From Octopus vulgaris (Eukaryota): a stretch of DNA of 64,000 bases. The notes beneath the pieces are model-generated. The model searched no databases, was not told where the DNA came from, and saw nothing but the letters and a program-made list of their open reading frames with translations. The stretch spans positions 79,484,001-79,548,000 of the forward strand of contig OX597825.1 of assembly GCA_951406725.2 (NCBI GenBank), given 5' to 3'. This document shows, piece by piece, positions 51,718-64,000 of the stretch. The position numbers and the translations under genes are program-made. Numbering within the stretch: position 1 is the stretch's first letter; every line of letters begins with the position of its first letter.

Positions 51718-51960
51718 CTGCAATTCAGAGATATAGACATATATATATATATACATACAAGGAAGGAAATGCACTGACATCATATATTCACTATTAAACA
51801 CCATTCCATTTTTATACCGGTTTCACTTTTAAAAGTTAATCATTGTTTTATGCTTAGTGATGCTATGAACTCTTAACTCAATGTTAATAGTAACTGGAGT
51901 GATAATAAATAAAACATTTTGTGTCTTATAATAATAACGATAATAATAAAAATAATAGTA

Positions 51961-52298
51961 AATGCCCTGATGCATTATCAGACATTAGCTCTCATGGCTT
52001 CTGATCTTAACTGATTGGAAGTGTTATCAGGTGCATGTTTTGTCTTGGTATAAAAGATGGGCTACAGCAAATATTCTGCTCAAAACCACAGATTTACTTG
52101 TCAGTTGTTTGACCTTAACCAGTTGAGCATATCCCTTAATGGCTAACGATATGTGCATCTCTGATCACAGGTGGAAGTAGTGGGGAAGCATCATAGCCAT
52201 GTGTTGAGAGGGATTCTTTGGGGTTTGAATAATTCACCTCTCAACACATAGGTGTTTTGTTCAACATGTTGACGAGATGCACTGTTCTCTCTCACTCA
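51961..52298 (-). mobile_element. Internally deleted inverted copy of the 34470-35035 element
   Basis: Reverse-complement match to both ends of 34470-35035 (aaagatgggctacagcaaatattctgctcaa; ctctctcactcaataat). Flanked by TAA repeats. Confidence 0.8.
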
Positions 52299-52779
52299 AT
52301 AATACTAATAATAAATCAATTGCTAACACATTAATTAATTATATTAATTATACATAATTAAGTGGTCAATATTTTTCATTGATCCACTGGTGTTCATTTG
52401 TTCCATCTGTACACTGCTATAAAGAAGAAGAAAAAAATTGAATTGGTGATTACATGCATGTTGAATCTATTATGTTTCTCTAAAAGATATTTGCAAGCAG
52501 GAAATCTAATTTGCTCTCAGTGTAGTGTCATAGTGTCATTCGTTTTCTTGTAATCTGTCAATTGTGTTTTGCATAATTCTCTTCACATCTTGAATATATA
52601 ATTTATTAAATCAGGTTTTCAGATGCCCAAGTTTAATTATTGTTTACCTTAAAATATTGTCTTTGTTTAAAATGGAATTCTGATCTTTCGGACAATATAA
52701 AGTATATTCCCACACTTTTATCCTCTACATTTTTTAACTATTGACTTTGTTGTCATTGTATATAAGTGTTGACATTTTC

Positions 52780-53330
52780 TTTAATGATTTTGGTCATCTT
52801 TTAACTTTTAGTCTGGTGTGTGTTTGTAAAGCCCAATTCATCCTGGTGTCATTTCCCAACATTTGTACATTTGAAAAATAACATTACAGGCTTTATTGTT
52901 TCCGTAATTATGAAAGAGCAATATAAAGCAACATTTTATTTTGTTTCACCTGTCTTAGAATCCGGGTGTCAATTGTCTTGGCTCATTGTACCTCATCATC
53001 TATTATGAACTGTGGATAATACGCACATCAACAAATATCTTTCCATAAGTGAATCTTTAAATTCTCGAAGCCATATATCCATATTATTTATTTTGGGCAT
53101 GGATGTGTCTGTGTGTGTGTGGGGGAACCATAAGTCTTCTCAAATATTAAGAATCTTTCTTAGGATTGTTGCAGAATACAGGATTGTATTTTCCTTCTGG
53201 TTGACATTGTGACTCACAGTGCCCAATATGCTTTAGACTTGGAGGCAGAAGTTTGGGTGTTGTGCTAAATGCACTGGTTACAACAGGAATAATTGTCATC
53301 TTCGTCTTCCACAGTCTCAGCTAGTTACCT
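52780..53330 (-). mobile_element. Decayed R4/Dong-like retrotransposon 3' fragment(s)
   Basis: WKTKMTIIPVVTSAFSTTPK...TILYSATILRKILNI*, the same C-terminal motif as the 35155-35302 copy. Confidence 0.55.
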
Positions 53331-54250
53331 TTTAAGTTCTTCAGGTTCGACTTTGTCTTTCATCCTTTCAGAGTTGATAAAATAAATTACCAGTTGAACA
53401 CCATCACCTAGACATTTCGATTTCGTTTTGGAAGTGAATGAGTCAGTGGCATTGATAAGCTGCAAACACAGCGAAATACGTATCTGCTGCTCTCGTGTTC
53501 AGCTCTGGGACGATATCGTTTCACCACCTCTGAAGTATAGTGCGTATTTTAACACTACACGTCTTTAATGAGATTTTTTCCAGACGAAAAACTGCAGCTT
53601 TCTGGCATTTGAAAAACTCACGTGTGTCAACTATGTGATATTGGTAATGTTTATATTATGGAGCTGTTTCTATTACGGGATCTGAATTTATGATACAAAA
53701 GTGATTAGACATGTTCCTCATCACCCATACAAAAGTAAATCAGAAGAATCCGTTTTAATGTAGCTTGCCAAACTCTCTCTCTCTCTCCTAGCCTGTGTCT
53801 CTTCAACACAGGGGCGTTTCGATGTGTAGGACTACTTCCATGACATGAAAGACTTTTGAAACGATGGTCCAAAGGGAAGGAAGCAAAAGAGAAAATAAAC
53901 AGGGGCGTTTCTCAATGTCCTATTTTCCGTAAACACACACACACACATATATTTACACATATACTTACACATATATATAGATATATATTTATATATATAC
54001 GTATACACGTATACATATACACGTATACAAACATATATACATACGTACATATGTATATATAGACACATACAACACATATACGTGTGTGTGTGTGTGTATT
54101 CGAGTAGTATATCCTTAATTATGGTCATAACCGGTCAGAAAGTTGCTATTGGTTTCGCGTCTGCTATTGCTCTCAGCAATATAGACGGCTCACCAATCAT
54201 GCTGACCAAAAGTACATAACCTCTTTAGGCCATACAGACAACATAGAATA

Positions 54251-54481
54251 GGCGGCAAACTGGCAGAATCGTTAGCACGCCGGACGAATTGCGTAGCCGT
54301 ATTTCGTCTGCCACTACGTTCTGAGTTCAAATTCCACCGAGGTCGACTTTGCCTTTCATCCTTTCGGGGTCGATAAATTAAGTACCAGTTACGCACTGGG
54401 GTCAATGTAATCGACTTAATCCGTTTGTCTGTCCTTGTTTGTTCCCTCTATGTTTAGCCCCTTGTGGGTAATAAAGAAATA
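54251..54481 (+). mobile_element. SINE family A, full-length CpG-rich copy
   Basis: A-box TGGCAGAATCG, B-box GAGTTCAAATT. 17-nt TSD atacagacaacatagaa. Confidence 0.92.
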
Positions 54482-55454
54482 AATACAGACAACATAGAAC
54501 ATACTGGCTGGAAGCACACAGCCTTTTCACTGTAAAAAGGCAATGTGCTTCTGGCCAGAATGTCTGATGAGTTGTCTATATTGTTAAGTGCAAATAGTAG
54601 ATGTGAGGCCAATGGTAACTTTCTGACCAGTTATTGCCATAATTAAGGATACACGATTTGAATACGTAAATGTATGTATAACTATTCTAAATTTCCTTTA
54701 GAACGTGCCTTTTTCTCATGTATGGGAATCTGTCAGATGTGTGTGTGTGTGTGTTCACCTTTCATTATTGCATATATACTCATACAGAGTATGTATGTAA
54801 GTCACAGAGAAGCTATGTTTATTAAGAACATGCTTGTACGAAAAAAGGAGACAACCTATTTGAAAGAGAAGAAAAAAAATATCTATGAACTGCTGAAAAG
54901 TATGATACACTTCAACTGCAAACCACTTAAGCAGTAAGACTCTGAGATAGCAAAGAAATGTCTAAAAGAAAATAAGATTTATTTATTCAACTGACACAGG
55001 CAAATGGCACCTGATTACGCAAAAGAATGGAGATAAGGAGAAAAAAAAACAGAAGTTCACAGAATATTCTTGGATGTGAACATAATGTTAACCCCGAAGC
55101 CTACGCGCTGAACCAAAATCGTTAATACTGGATAATTTAACGGTTGCCGTTCTGGTATGAGACTGTGAAGTAACCGAGTGTGACCAACTGTAATTATTTA
55201 TAATAATAGATATTTGCTCTACTTAGGAATTGAGTACTTTTAGTTTGTTCATAAAAAAAGATTATAGCTTGAGGAAGAGTGAAACAAAGTGCGAGTTTGT
55301 GTGTGTATGCGTACGTGTGTGTGTATGTGTGTGTGCGTACGTGTGTGTGTATGTGTGTGTGTATGAGAGAGAAAGAGAGAGAGAGAGGGAGAGAGAGAAA
55401 AGATTAAGAGAAAGAACCAGGGATGGGGGAAGAGATGGAAGATTGTATATTTAC

Positions 55455-55634
55455 CTCGCTCCATTCCGTGAGAAACCAGTCTGTATCACATGAAGAAACA
55501 ACACAGTTTTCTTGAGTAACAGGTTTCTCGTCTTGGCAATTCTCCTCGGAAACAACATGTAATGAATTGAGGCCGAACTTCTTGAGACAAGCGACCTCTC
55601 GGGTCCGTTGTCCCTTACCACAATCAGCTGAACA
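55455..55634 (-). CDS. THSD4: THSD4-like TSP1 exon (180 nt, phase 0-0)
   Basis: ttctag|TGT...GAG|gtaaat. CSADCGKGQRTREVACLKKFGLNSLHVVSEENCQDEKPVTQENCVVSSCDTDWFLTEWSE. The ORF track shows a different, wrong frame here. Confidence 0.9.
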
Positions 55635-56133
55635 CTAGAACCAAAAGACATTGAAATATTCCGTTACCAACATAAATTCATTTAAGCAATAGTAAGTGAA
55701 AACTCGCTACAGATCGAACACGAGAAATCTTCAGAGGAAGAAATCCCGCCAAACAATTATTTCGGCCCGTTCCGGACCCATCTAATTAGTGACCCCTAGA
55801 TGTCCTTATGTTGTTATTTAAATACCACTTTCAATGGGGATTGCATTCGGAACCTCTGGGTGCTCTTATTACTGAGCCAAAAAGGTCCCCGCACGAATTT
55901 GCACTGTTGCAAACGGTTTCTTTCCTCCTGTGTTTAGTGGTCTGCTGTATTCCGTCTCAGTGACAACTGGCGTTCCTTATCACACATAATCACATTTAGA
56001 GACATACTAAGTAACGTTGAATGCTCTATAGGCGTGTACAAGCATATCTAACATATCGTATGCACCCGGACATGGAAAGACATGCGCTGCAGAAATTGCC
56101 TCGAAAGAAACAATTCTCCATATTGACCATATA

Positions 56134-56359
56134 CAGTAATTCCTCGCTATATCGCGGTTCATCTATCGCTCCCTCAGTACATCGTGGTTCACCCATCGCG
56201 CATTCAGTACATCGCAGATTTTTCTGGCTAATATATGGAAATTTATATCGTGGACTCCTGCAGGTTTCTGTGGCCAATAGGTATTTATAATTTTTAGAAT
56301 TTAATTATTTCTGTGGGAAGTTTTAGAACGTAATACCCACGATAGTCGACGGACCACTG
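56134..56359. mobile_element. pogo/Tigger-type MITE
   Basis: ta|CAGTAATTCCTCGCTATATCGCGG ... CCACGATAGTCGACGGACCACTG, with an internal ~30-bp tandem duplication. Confidence 0.6.
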
Positions 56360-56682
56360 TTTGTGAAAAATACATCATTGCGCTATGAATGGTGTTATCG
56401 AGCAGTAGGACACATGCGTTTCTGCAACGTTGCACGTCATCGGCTATAAGTACCTGGTCATACTTCTTAGCCATTAGAAACAGGTTGTTCTTATATTAAT
56501 TTCAGCTTGTCAAAACTTTGCGCACCCCAATAAATTTATCATTTGCTGACTTAATATAAAAACAACCTGTTTTTGGTGTCTATGAAGGATGACTTGGTGT
56601 TCATTGCTGACAACGCGCAAAGATGCAGAAATGCATGCATCCTACGGTCTTGAGGAAGAATAGAATACATTTCCAGCCATGT

Positions 56683-56903
56683 TATTTCTTTATTGCCCAC
56701 AAGGGGCTAAACATAGAGGGGACAAACAAGGACATTAAGTCGATTAGATCGACCCCAGTGCGTAACTGGTACTCAATTTATCGACCCCGAAAGGATGAAA
56801 GGCAAAGTCGACCTTGGCGGAATTTGAACTCAGAACGTAACGGCAGACGAAATACCGCTAAGAATTTCGCCAGGCGTGTTAACGTTTCTGCTAGCACGCC
56901 GCC
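56683..56903 (-). mobile_element. SINE family A, inverted copy
   Basis: Reverse complement of 54251-54481 with an ~11-nt deletion. Short direct repeat gccatgtta at the ends. Confidence 0.9.
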
Positions 56904-57092
56904 ATGTTAAGTCTGTTACGACCATATAGTCCTTTATGTCTTCTGTTACTCTTTTAAGGCATTTGGTGTAGTTTTGCCTGTTATTTCTAGCAATCTGAAC
57001 GACCGTCTATAGGTTCCTCCTTTGTTAGGTAATGGTTTATTATTAAGACATTAACTCTGTCAGACTGAAATTAAAAACAACGAACTTCTTAC

Positions 57093-57548
57093 CTCGCTCC
57101 ATGCTCCGGTGAACCATATCCCTCCGCAAGGATGACTGCTGCTACATGGAGTCTTGAACTCAGGCTTTTTCTCACGATCACAGCGTGAAGATGACAGTAA
57201 ATTGCCTTCATTTGAAACACAAATCACCTGCCTTGTGGTAAATCCTGAACCGCAGTTACTAGAACACTTATTGGACCACTTGGAAACGTACCATTTCGGT
57301 GGACAATGCTGTGCCTGACATAATTCAGTTCTGTGAGGTTTGGGTTTGGGACAGAAACGTCCTGGTATCGACGTTCCTAAATGTGGGCTAACACACTTGA
57401 CTAATCTCTTTCTTCTGCTTCCTTGGCCGCATTCTGGTTTACATCTACCCCACGCCTTCACCAGCCATTTTCCACACGGGTTGTTTTGGCACTGCCGCAC
57501 AGCCGCTGGTCTCGGTGTCTTGTTGCATCTTTCTGCGGAAACTTTCAG
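57093..57548 (-). CDS. THSD4: ADAMTS-like protein (THSD4/ADAMTSL4-like), multi-TSP1 exon
   Basis: Minus strand ttttcag|CTG...GAG|gtaaga, 152 codons. LKVSAERC...CGKWLVKAWGRCKPECGQG...PKWYVSKWSNKCSSNCGSGFTTRQVIC...GGIWFTGAWSE shows WxxxxWxxCSxxCGxG TSP1 repeats. The paralogue name is tentative. Confidence 0.9.
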
Positions 57549-57992
57549 CTGAAAAAAAAACAAAAAAAAAAAAAAACAGACGATTAACAACACCACCAAA
57601 CAACAATAACAACAAAACGATGTTGTATTACGTGGTACGTTTTGAAGGCGTGCAAACACGTCCAATTGTTGATGGGGCAATTGGTTAGTGCTTATGTGTA
57701 CACTTATACACTTATACACTGTACGTTAATGCAAATTAAACAAAGGGGAAAACATAATGAACTCTTAAACAAATCGGATAAAATGTAATGTGGAATATTT
57801 ACCGCAACTCACCTCGGATGACATCTAGACGTTTCGGAGACTAATTACTTTGTCATCCGCAAGTGAAGAGATGACTTTAATTGTTTATTTTAAATTAAAA
57901 GGAGAAAAATAACACACATACACACGCTCATGCGCACGCGCATGTACTTACAGACATAAACATATACATTATGTATAAAGTTTTATATATCT

Positions 57993-58039
<47 letters not shown>

Positions 58040-58616
58040 GTGTATTCTTTTATTCTTTTACTTGTTTCAGTCATTTGACTGCGGCCATGCTAGAGCACCG
58101 CCTTTAGTCCCCAAGACTTATTCTTTGTAAGCCTAGTACTTATTCTATCGGTCACTTTTGCCGGACCGCTAGGTTACGGGGACGTAAACACACCAAGATC
58201 GGTTGTCAAGCGATGGTGAGGAGATAAACGCTTACACACAAGTGTATACATACATACATACATACATACATACATACATACATACATACATACATACATA
58301 CATACATACATACATACATACATACATACATACATACATACAAGGGAAACGCAAATCCTGATACAGCTTGGCATCCGTGACGTCGCAACTCATTTCTACA
58401 GCTGAGTGAACTGGAGTAACGTGAAATAAAGTGTCTTGCTCAAGAGCACGACATAGTCTGGTCCGGGAATCGATCTCACTACCGCATGATTGAAAACCCG
58501 ATGCTCTAACTACTGAACCATCCATGTGTATGCATTTATGTATGTATGAATGTATGCATGTATGTGCATGTGTGTATGTTTAATATTTCACTTAGACATT
58601 GCGAGATTCTTTTTCT

Positions 58617-58670
<54 letters not shown>

Positions 58671-59237
58671 GTGTGTGTGTGTATGTGTTTGTGTGTCTGT
58701 CTCCCCACCATCGCTTGACAACCGATGCTAGTGTGTTTACGTCCCTGTAACCTAGCGGTTCAGCAAAAGAGACCGATAGAATAAGTACTAGGCTTACAAA
58801 GAATAAGTCCTGGAGTCAATTTGTTCGACTAAAGGCGGTGCTCCAGCATGGTCGCAGTCAAATGACTGAAACAAATAAAAGAATATATATAATATATACA
58901 ATATATATATTTATATATATATATGAGGTAAAAAAAACCAGAGCAAACGGAAATCGTCAAAACGTAACAAGCCGGAAAAGGACGATAGCATAACAACGGC
59001 AAACGGGACAAAATAAGACATACTTATCATTCGCAGCCAATTGCTTGTTCAGTCGGAGTCTGGAATGTCCACGTAGTTTCGCCCAACGCCCACACATGTA
59101 CGATGAATGCGTGCATGTATATATTCATGAGTAAATGCGTGCACCCACGCAATTGTACAGCGGGTTGTAGAAAGCTTAATTATAGTCCCCATGACGGTTT
59201 ATAAAATATCCACACATAACATTTCATACGTTTAAGC

Positions 59238-59305
<68 letters not shown>

Positions 59306-59509
59306 CAATGTTCTGCGTGCACAATAGTTTGTGGAACTTTTAACTCGGCTCCATATGTTGGTTTTCCTTTGTCAAGATTGCAACAAGAGACCAATGTGTC
59401 AGGGAGGACATGAAGTTGCTACACCGAAGATAAAAGTGGGGTTTTCAAGGATATCATAGAAACAAGCATACACACATAAAATACACGTCCTTTTATATAT
59501 ATCTATCTA

Positions 59510-59554
<45 letters not shown>

Positions 59555-59624
59555 GCACATACATGCATACATACATACACATGTATGTCATTATATATAT
59601 GTACAAACACACACAAACATACAA

Positions 59625-59662
<38 letters not shown>

Positions 59663-60141
59663 CGGGAAGCTTTATGAAAATAGACAAAAGACGAAGGCAG
59701 GTGGAAAACAAACGAACAATTGTATTAGTATATATATATATATATATACATACATAATATATATTATATATATACACATACATATGCGCGTGCACATACA
59801 CACACGTAAATGTGTGTGTGTATGTATGTATGTATGTATGCGAGTTTAAACATGTGAGTGTGCTTGCATATGAGTGGGTGGAACTTGATTATGGCATAAT
59901 GTATATATATGTAACGTATATATATGTATATGTATATATGTATATATATATGCATATATATATATATATATATATGTATATTTATATATATGCATGTATA
60001 TATATGTATATATATATGTATGTATATACATATGTATAAGTATATGTTTATATATATGTATATATATATATGTATGTATATATATGTATATGTATATATA
60101 TGTATGTATACATATATATGTAATGTATATATATATATGTG

Positions 60142-60179
<38 letters not shown>

Positions 60180-60780
60180 CGTACATACGTGTACAATCAT
60201 GTTTGTTAGCGTGTGTTGTATGCATGCACACATAAACGCATATATGTGTATATATGTGTATATATGCGTGTATGTACATAGGTGTGTCTGTGAGTGCGTC
60301 TATGTACGTATTCTTAAATTCATGAATGAACTCGTATATAGACACACACGCACACCGACACACACACGCACACACACATCTTGATACGCGCACATATTTA
60401 CATGTATATTGCATAAACAAATTTACATTCATATACGGATGTATATGCACATATTTCAGATGAGCAAGCACATACACACCACACATACATACATGCATAC
60501 ATACATACATACATACATACATACATACATACAAACACAGATGCATACATACATACATACATACATACATACATACATACATACATACAAACACAGATGC
60601 ATACATACATACATGCATACGTACGTACGTACGTACATGCATATCAAAAAGGTTATTAGGAAATCACAGCGTTCAAGTTTGTACAAAGAGGAGAGCGAGG
60701 TTTTATCTAGATGCAGGGAGTCAGATAAAACATATTGGAGACAGCTGTGGAAATTCAAACCCTCCTACCTCCTCATACTG

Positions 60781-60877
<97 letters not shown>

Positions 60878-60885
60878 GTATATAA
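59238..60885. repeat. Compound microsatellite tract (TA, TG, TATG/CATA, CT)
   Basis: Directly visible, and the source of many spurious YI/VCMY ORFs. Similar tracts at 3850-4700, 5660-6215 and 15150-16220. Confidence 0.95.
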
Positions 60886-62028
60886 CCCAGGCCTTACAAC
60901 ACTTACTTTCTACTGGAATATGTAATACATATTTATTCGGGTCTATAAACTACTAGATACTATATCTCTATGTACATATACGCCTGAATTGTACGTCAAC
61001 CTACATATATGCAGTAAACACGTGTACGCATACACCCTCCAGCCAAAATACCTCCCCCCCACACACACACATACAAACAAACTCACACACACACACACAC
61101 ACAAACACACACATACACACTCAAAACACAGGAAAAGGGGTTAAAAGAATCAAACATAACTCATAGTAAGCTCTCCCCCGGGTGTATGGCTATCAAGCAG
61201 ACAGAATTTCTGCATATGCACACATAGATATACGTGCATATATATACATAATATATACGTACGTACGTACGTAGATGATAACGCACACATATATACAGGA
61301 GTTGGATACAATAATGGACACAACACATTTGATATGACTATCTGTCTTTTCTTCTGGCATTATAATAAGTTCAATGTGTGTGTTTATAAGCATTATGAAT
61401 GCCTTGTACTTCATGATGCAACCGTCTGTTTTTCAATTTCTTTCTCCATTTTTCTTTTGCAGATATCAATCTATATTAATTAAAGCAATATTCTGTCTGT
61501 TCGTCCGGGACTCTTGTATCTCGATCTACATTTGCTCTATATAGACATATTGCACCTTTTTGGAATCAGAATGATCCCGGGATTGAAAATATGCCCTTCA
61601 TTTAGTTCTTGAGCATCCAGCATTGGGATCTGATTTAAAAGCACTTGGTTGCTTTTTGTAGCAGGTGAAGCTTGGCTGATTCACGCCATCTTGGTTGACG
61701 TTTGTCAGATGACGTCAGAGATCAAGGGGGAGATAAATGACATTGGCTTCATTAATTTTACGTCAGGATTAGAACTCTGAGACAAATTGGTCAACAGTTG
61801 GGATTCAACTTGGGACTGAAACAATAGAATGGTTGCATTACAGAATCGATTCTCATCCGTCCTTAACCTCTGATCAAACACCACCGGGGCATACGGTCAC
61901 CATAAACGTATCATAGTCATGCTATTTAGCTCTCTTTAGTTTGGGGGCCGCAGGATCAATTAGCCCACAGCAGGAACCATCTCTAAAAGTCTGCACGGGG
62001 TGCGGCTTTTAAGCTAGTATCTAAATAA

Positions 62029-62275
62029 GTGAAAATACGTGACCGATCTGATTTCCAAAGAGGACAAATTGTTGGCACTCGGTTGGCTGGAGTTTCCATC
62101 ACTAAGACTGCTCAATTAGTTAATGTTTCGAGCAGTGCAGTCTCTAAAATCATGTTGGCATTCCAAAAGCAAGGTAAAACCAGCCCAGGAAGGCATTATT
62201 CCGGACGGAAGGAATCGCAGAGTAGTGAAACGTGTTGTATCTAAAAACCATCCAATTACGGCAGTAAAAGTGAAT
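62029..62275 (+). mobile_element. Tc1-like transposase N-terminal HTH fragment
   Basis: DRSDFQRGQIVGTRLAGVSITKTAQLVNVSSSAVSKIMLAFQKQGKTS...SGRK, then KRVVSKNHPITAVKV after a frameshift. Confidence 0.8.
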
Positions 62276-62635
62276 TCCACGAGAAGACTGTAATTGCTAA
62301 TCTCTGGATAATGGGAAAAAAAATGATCTCTAGACTTTCAGAAGTGGTCAATGGCTCAATGGACGAATGTCATTTGAGCAAGTGTCTTCTAGTATAGCCT
62401 CAGGCCGACCAAAGTTTTGCGAGTGGATCTGGTAGAGGGAAACTGAAAGAAGCCCGTCGTATGTGTGTGTTTGTGTCTGTGTTTGTCCACCAACTCCATT
62501 TGACAACCGGTGTCGGTTAGTTAACGTCTCCGTAACCTAGCGTTTGGCAAAAGAATCGATAGAACGAGTACCGCAGTCATTAGACTGCGGTGCCCCAGCA
62601 TGGCCGCAGAATAATGAATGAAACAAGTAAAAGAT

Positions 62636-62689
<54 letters not shown>

Positions 62690-63451
62690 CATATATATAT
62701 ATATATATATTCACACTAGGGACACACACGTACATTTGTAGAAACACCCATTTTCATAACCTATCCGGCTATTTTTTCCTTTTATTATTCAACAACAGCT
62801 TTTTTTCAACACGCTGTGCGTCGACATAAGACCTCATAGGTGGGTCACAGAAGCTACAAACCAGGATTGGTTGTGCTCATTTCAAATCAAACAGACGACA
62901 TCCTGCGTAAACGCTCGCATAACAACAACAACAACAGCAACAGCAACAGCAGCAGCAGTAGCAGTAACAACAACAAAACACTTGCCGAATTACAGGTCGA
63001 CAGTGGCGCCATCACAACAGTGATGACGAAAATTGTCAGCTTATGATTCAGTCTAAAGAAATATTCTGGTGTCCCGGCCGCTACCACCAAATGTTGTCAT
63101 CGTCTTCTGTTTTAATTGCATTCACGTCTATTAAATATTGCCTTCAAATTTTGGCTCAAGGCCTCCTTTTTTTTTTACTTCCGCTTCTCTCTTCTTTCAC
63201 CCATTCGCTCTGGTTCTCCAGTCATCAGCTTCTCTTCTATTCACTCTTTAGACCAGTGTTTCTCAACCACAGTCCATATGGCCCCTAGGGGTTCATATGG
63301 CCCTTAGGGGTTCATATAAGATTTTGTTTGTTTAAACTTATGTGCAACAAACTAGTTTGTGCAACAAAGATATTTCAACAATTTTTTTATACAGTTCCTA
63401 ATAATATTTAATTATAAGAATATACTAAAAGTTTTTAGACATAAAATGGCT

Positions 63452-63573
63452 CGGCCATATCACGTTGAAAGCACCGGTTCTCGTCCGATCACCGAAGTTA
63501 AGCAACATCGAGCCTAGTTAGTACTTAGATGGGTGACCGCATTGGAAACCTAGGTGCTGTAAGTATCTTTTTT
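63452..63573 (+). pseudogene. 5S rRNA: 5S rRNA copy lacking the first ~5 nt, followed by a T6 Pol III terminator
   Basis: CGGCCATATCACGTTGAAAGCACCGGTTCTCGTCCGATCACCGAAGTTAAGCAAC...TTAGTACTTAGATGGGTGACCGC...GGTGCTGTAAG then TTTTTT. The 5' strand of helix I is incomplete. Confidence 0.9.
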
Positions 63574-64000
63574 ATAAGCGTAAGAGTGGCTGTGTAGTAA
63601 GTAGCTTACTTACCAACCACATGGTTCCGGGTTCAGTCCCACTGCGTGGAACCTTCGGTAATTGTCTTCTACTATAGCCTCGGGCCAACCAAAGCCTTGT
63701 GAGTGAATTTGGTAGACGGAAAGAAGCCCGTCGTATATATGTATGTGTGCGTATAGGTTTGTGTGTCTGTGTTTGTCCCCCCAACATCGCTTGACAACCG
63801 ATGCTGGTGTGTTTACGTCCTCGTAGCTTAGCGGTTTGGCAAAAAGAGATCGATAGAATAAGTACTAGGCTTATAAAGAATAAGTCCCGGGGTCGATTTG
63901 CTCGACTAAAGGCGGTTCTCCAGCATGGCCACAGTCAAATGACTGAAACAAGTGAAAGAATAAAAGAGAGCCTTCCCGCCCCGCCCACCACAAATAAATC

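Noticed and set aside
57813-57824. Candidate 12-nt microexon (tag|ATGTCATCCGAG|gtgagt, MSSE) in frame with the TSP1 exon
   Set aside because: No polypyrimidine tract, and it lies in a short inverted repeat (57810-57865) with a decayed CGAAACGTC hammerhead-like remnant, so it is probably coincidental. RNA-seq junctions would settle it.
59511-60956. Long ORFs (up to 292 aa) rich in YI/VCMY/HT
   Set aside because: Translations of TA/TG/TATG microsatellites with no splice-compatible or domain signal. The same applies to ORFs at 3800-4700, 5529-6038 and 15027-16256.

Overview
AT-rich, microsatellite- and SINE-saturated eukaryotic DNA. The SINE families, 5S sequence and repeat density point to an octopod cephalopod (Octopus sp.; inference). 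Two intron-rich genes converge tail-to-tail, and the ORF track captures only parts of them. On +, nine 3' exons (1197-44872) encode a ClC-2-type voltage-gated chloride channel: helices Q/R, CBS1, a long regulatory linker, CBS2 and the stop. On -, four 3' exons (57548-49892) encode an ADAMTS-like matrix protein with tandem TSP1 repeats and a terminal PLAC domain (THSD4/ADAMTSL4-like). I assembled both by hand with GT-AG sites and consistent phases. Introns carry dozens of tRNA-derived SINEs, RTE and R4/Dong-like LINE fragments, mariner/Tc1 remnants, piggyBac/hAT/pogo-type MITEs and a 5'-clipped 5S rRNA copy. The most interesting unexplained signals are several minimal hammerhead-ribozyme motifs with different compensatory 3-8 core pairs, a pre-miRNA-like hairpin, a 45-nt linker exon behind a ~365-nt AG-free tract, a SPAK/OSR1-type docking motif in the channel, and inverted repeats flanking exons. 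Most other ORF-track entries are microsatellite or SINE artefacts. No prokaryote-type system or CRISPR array is visible.
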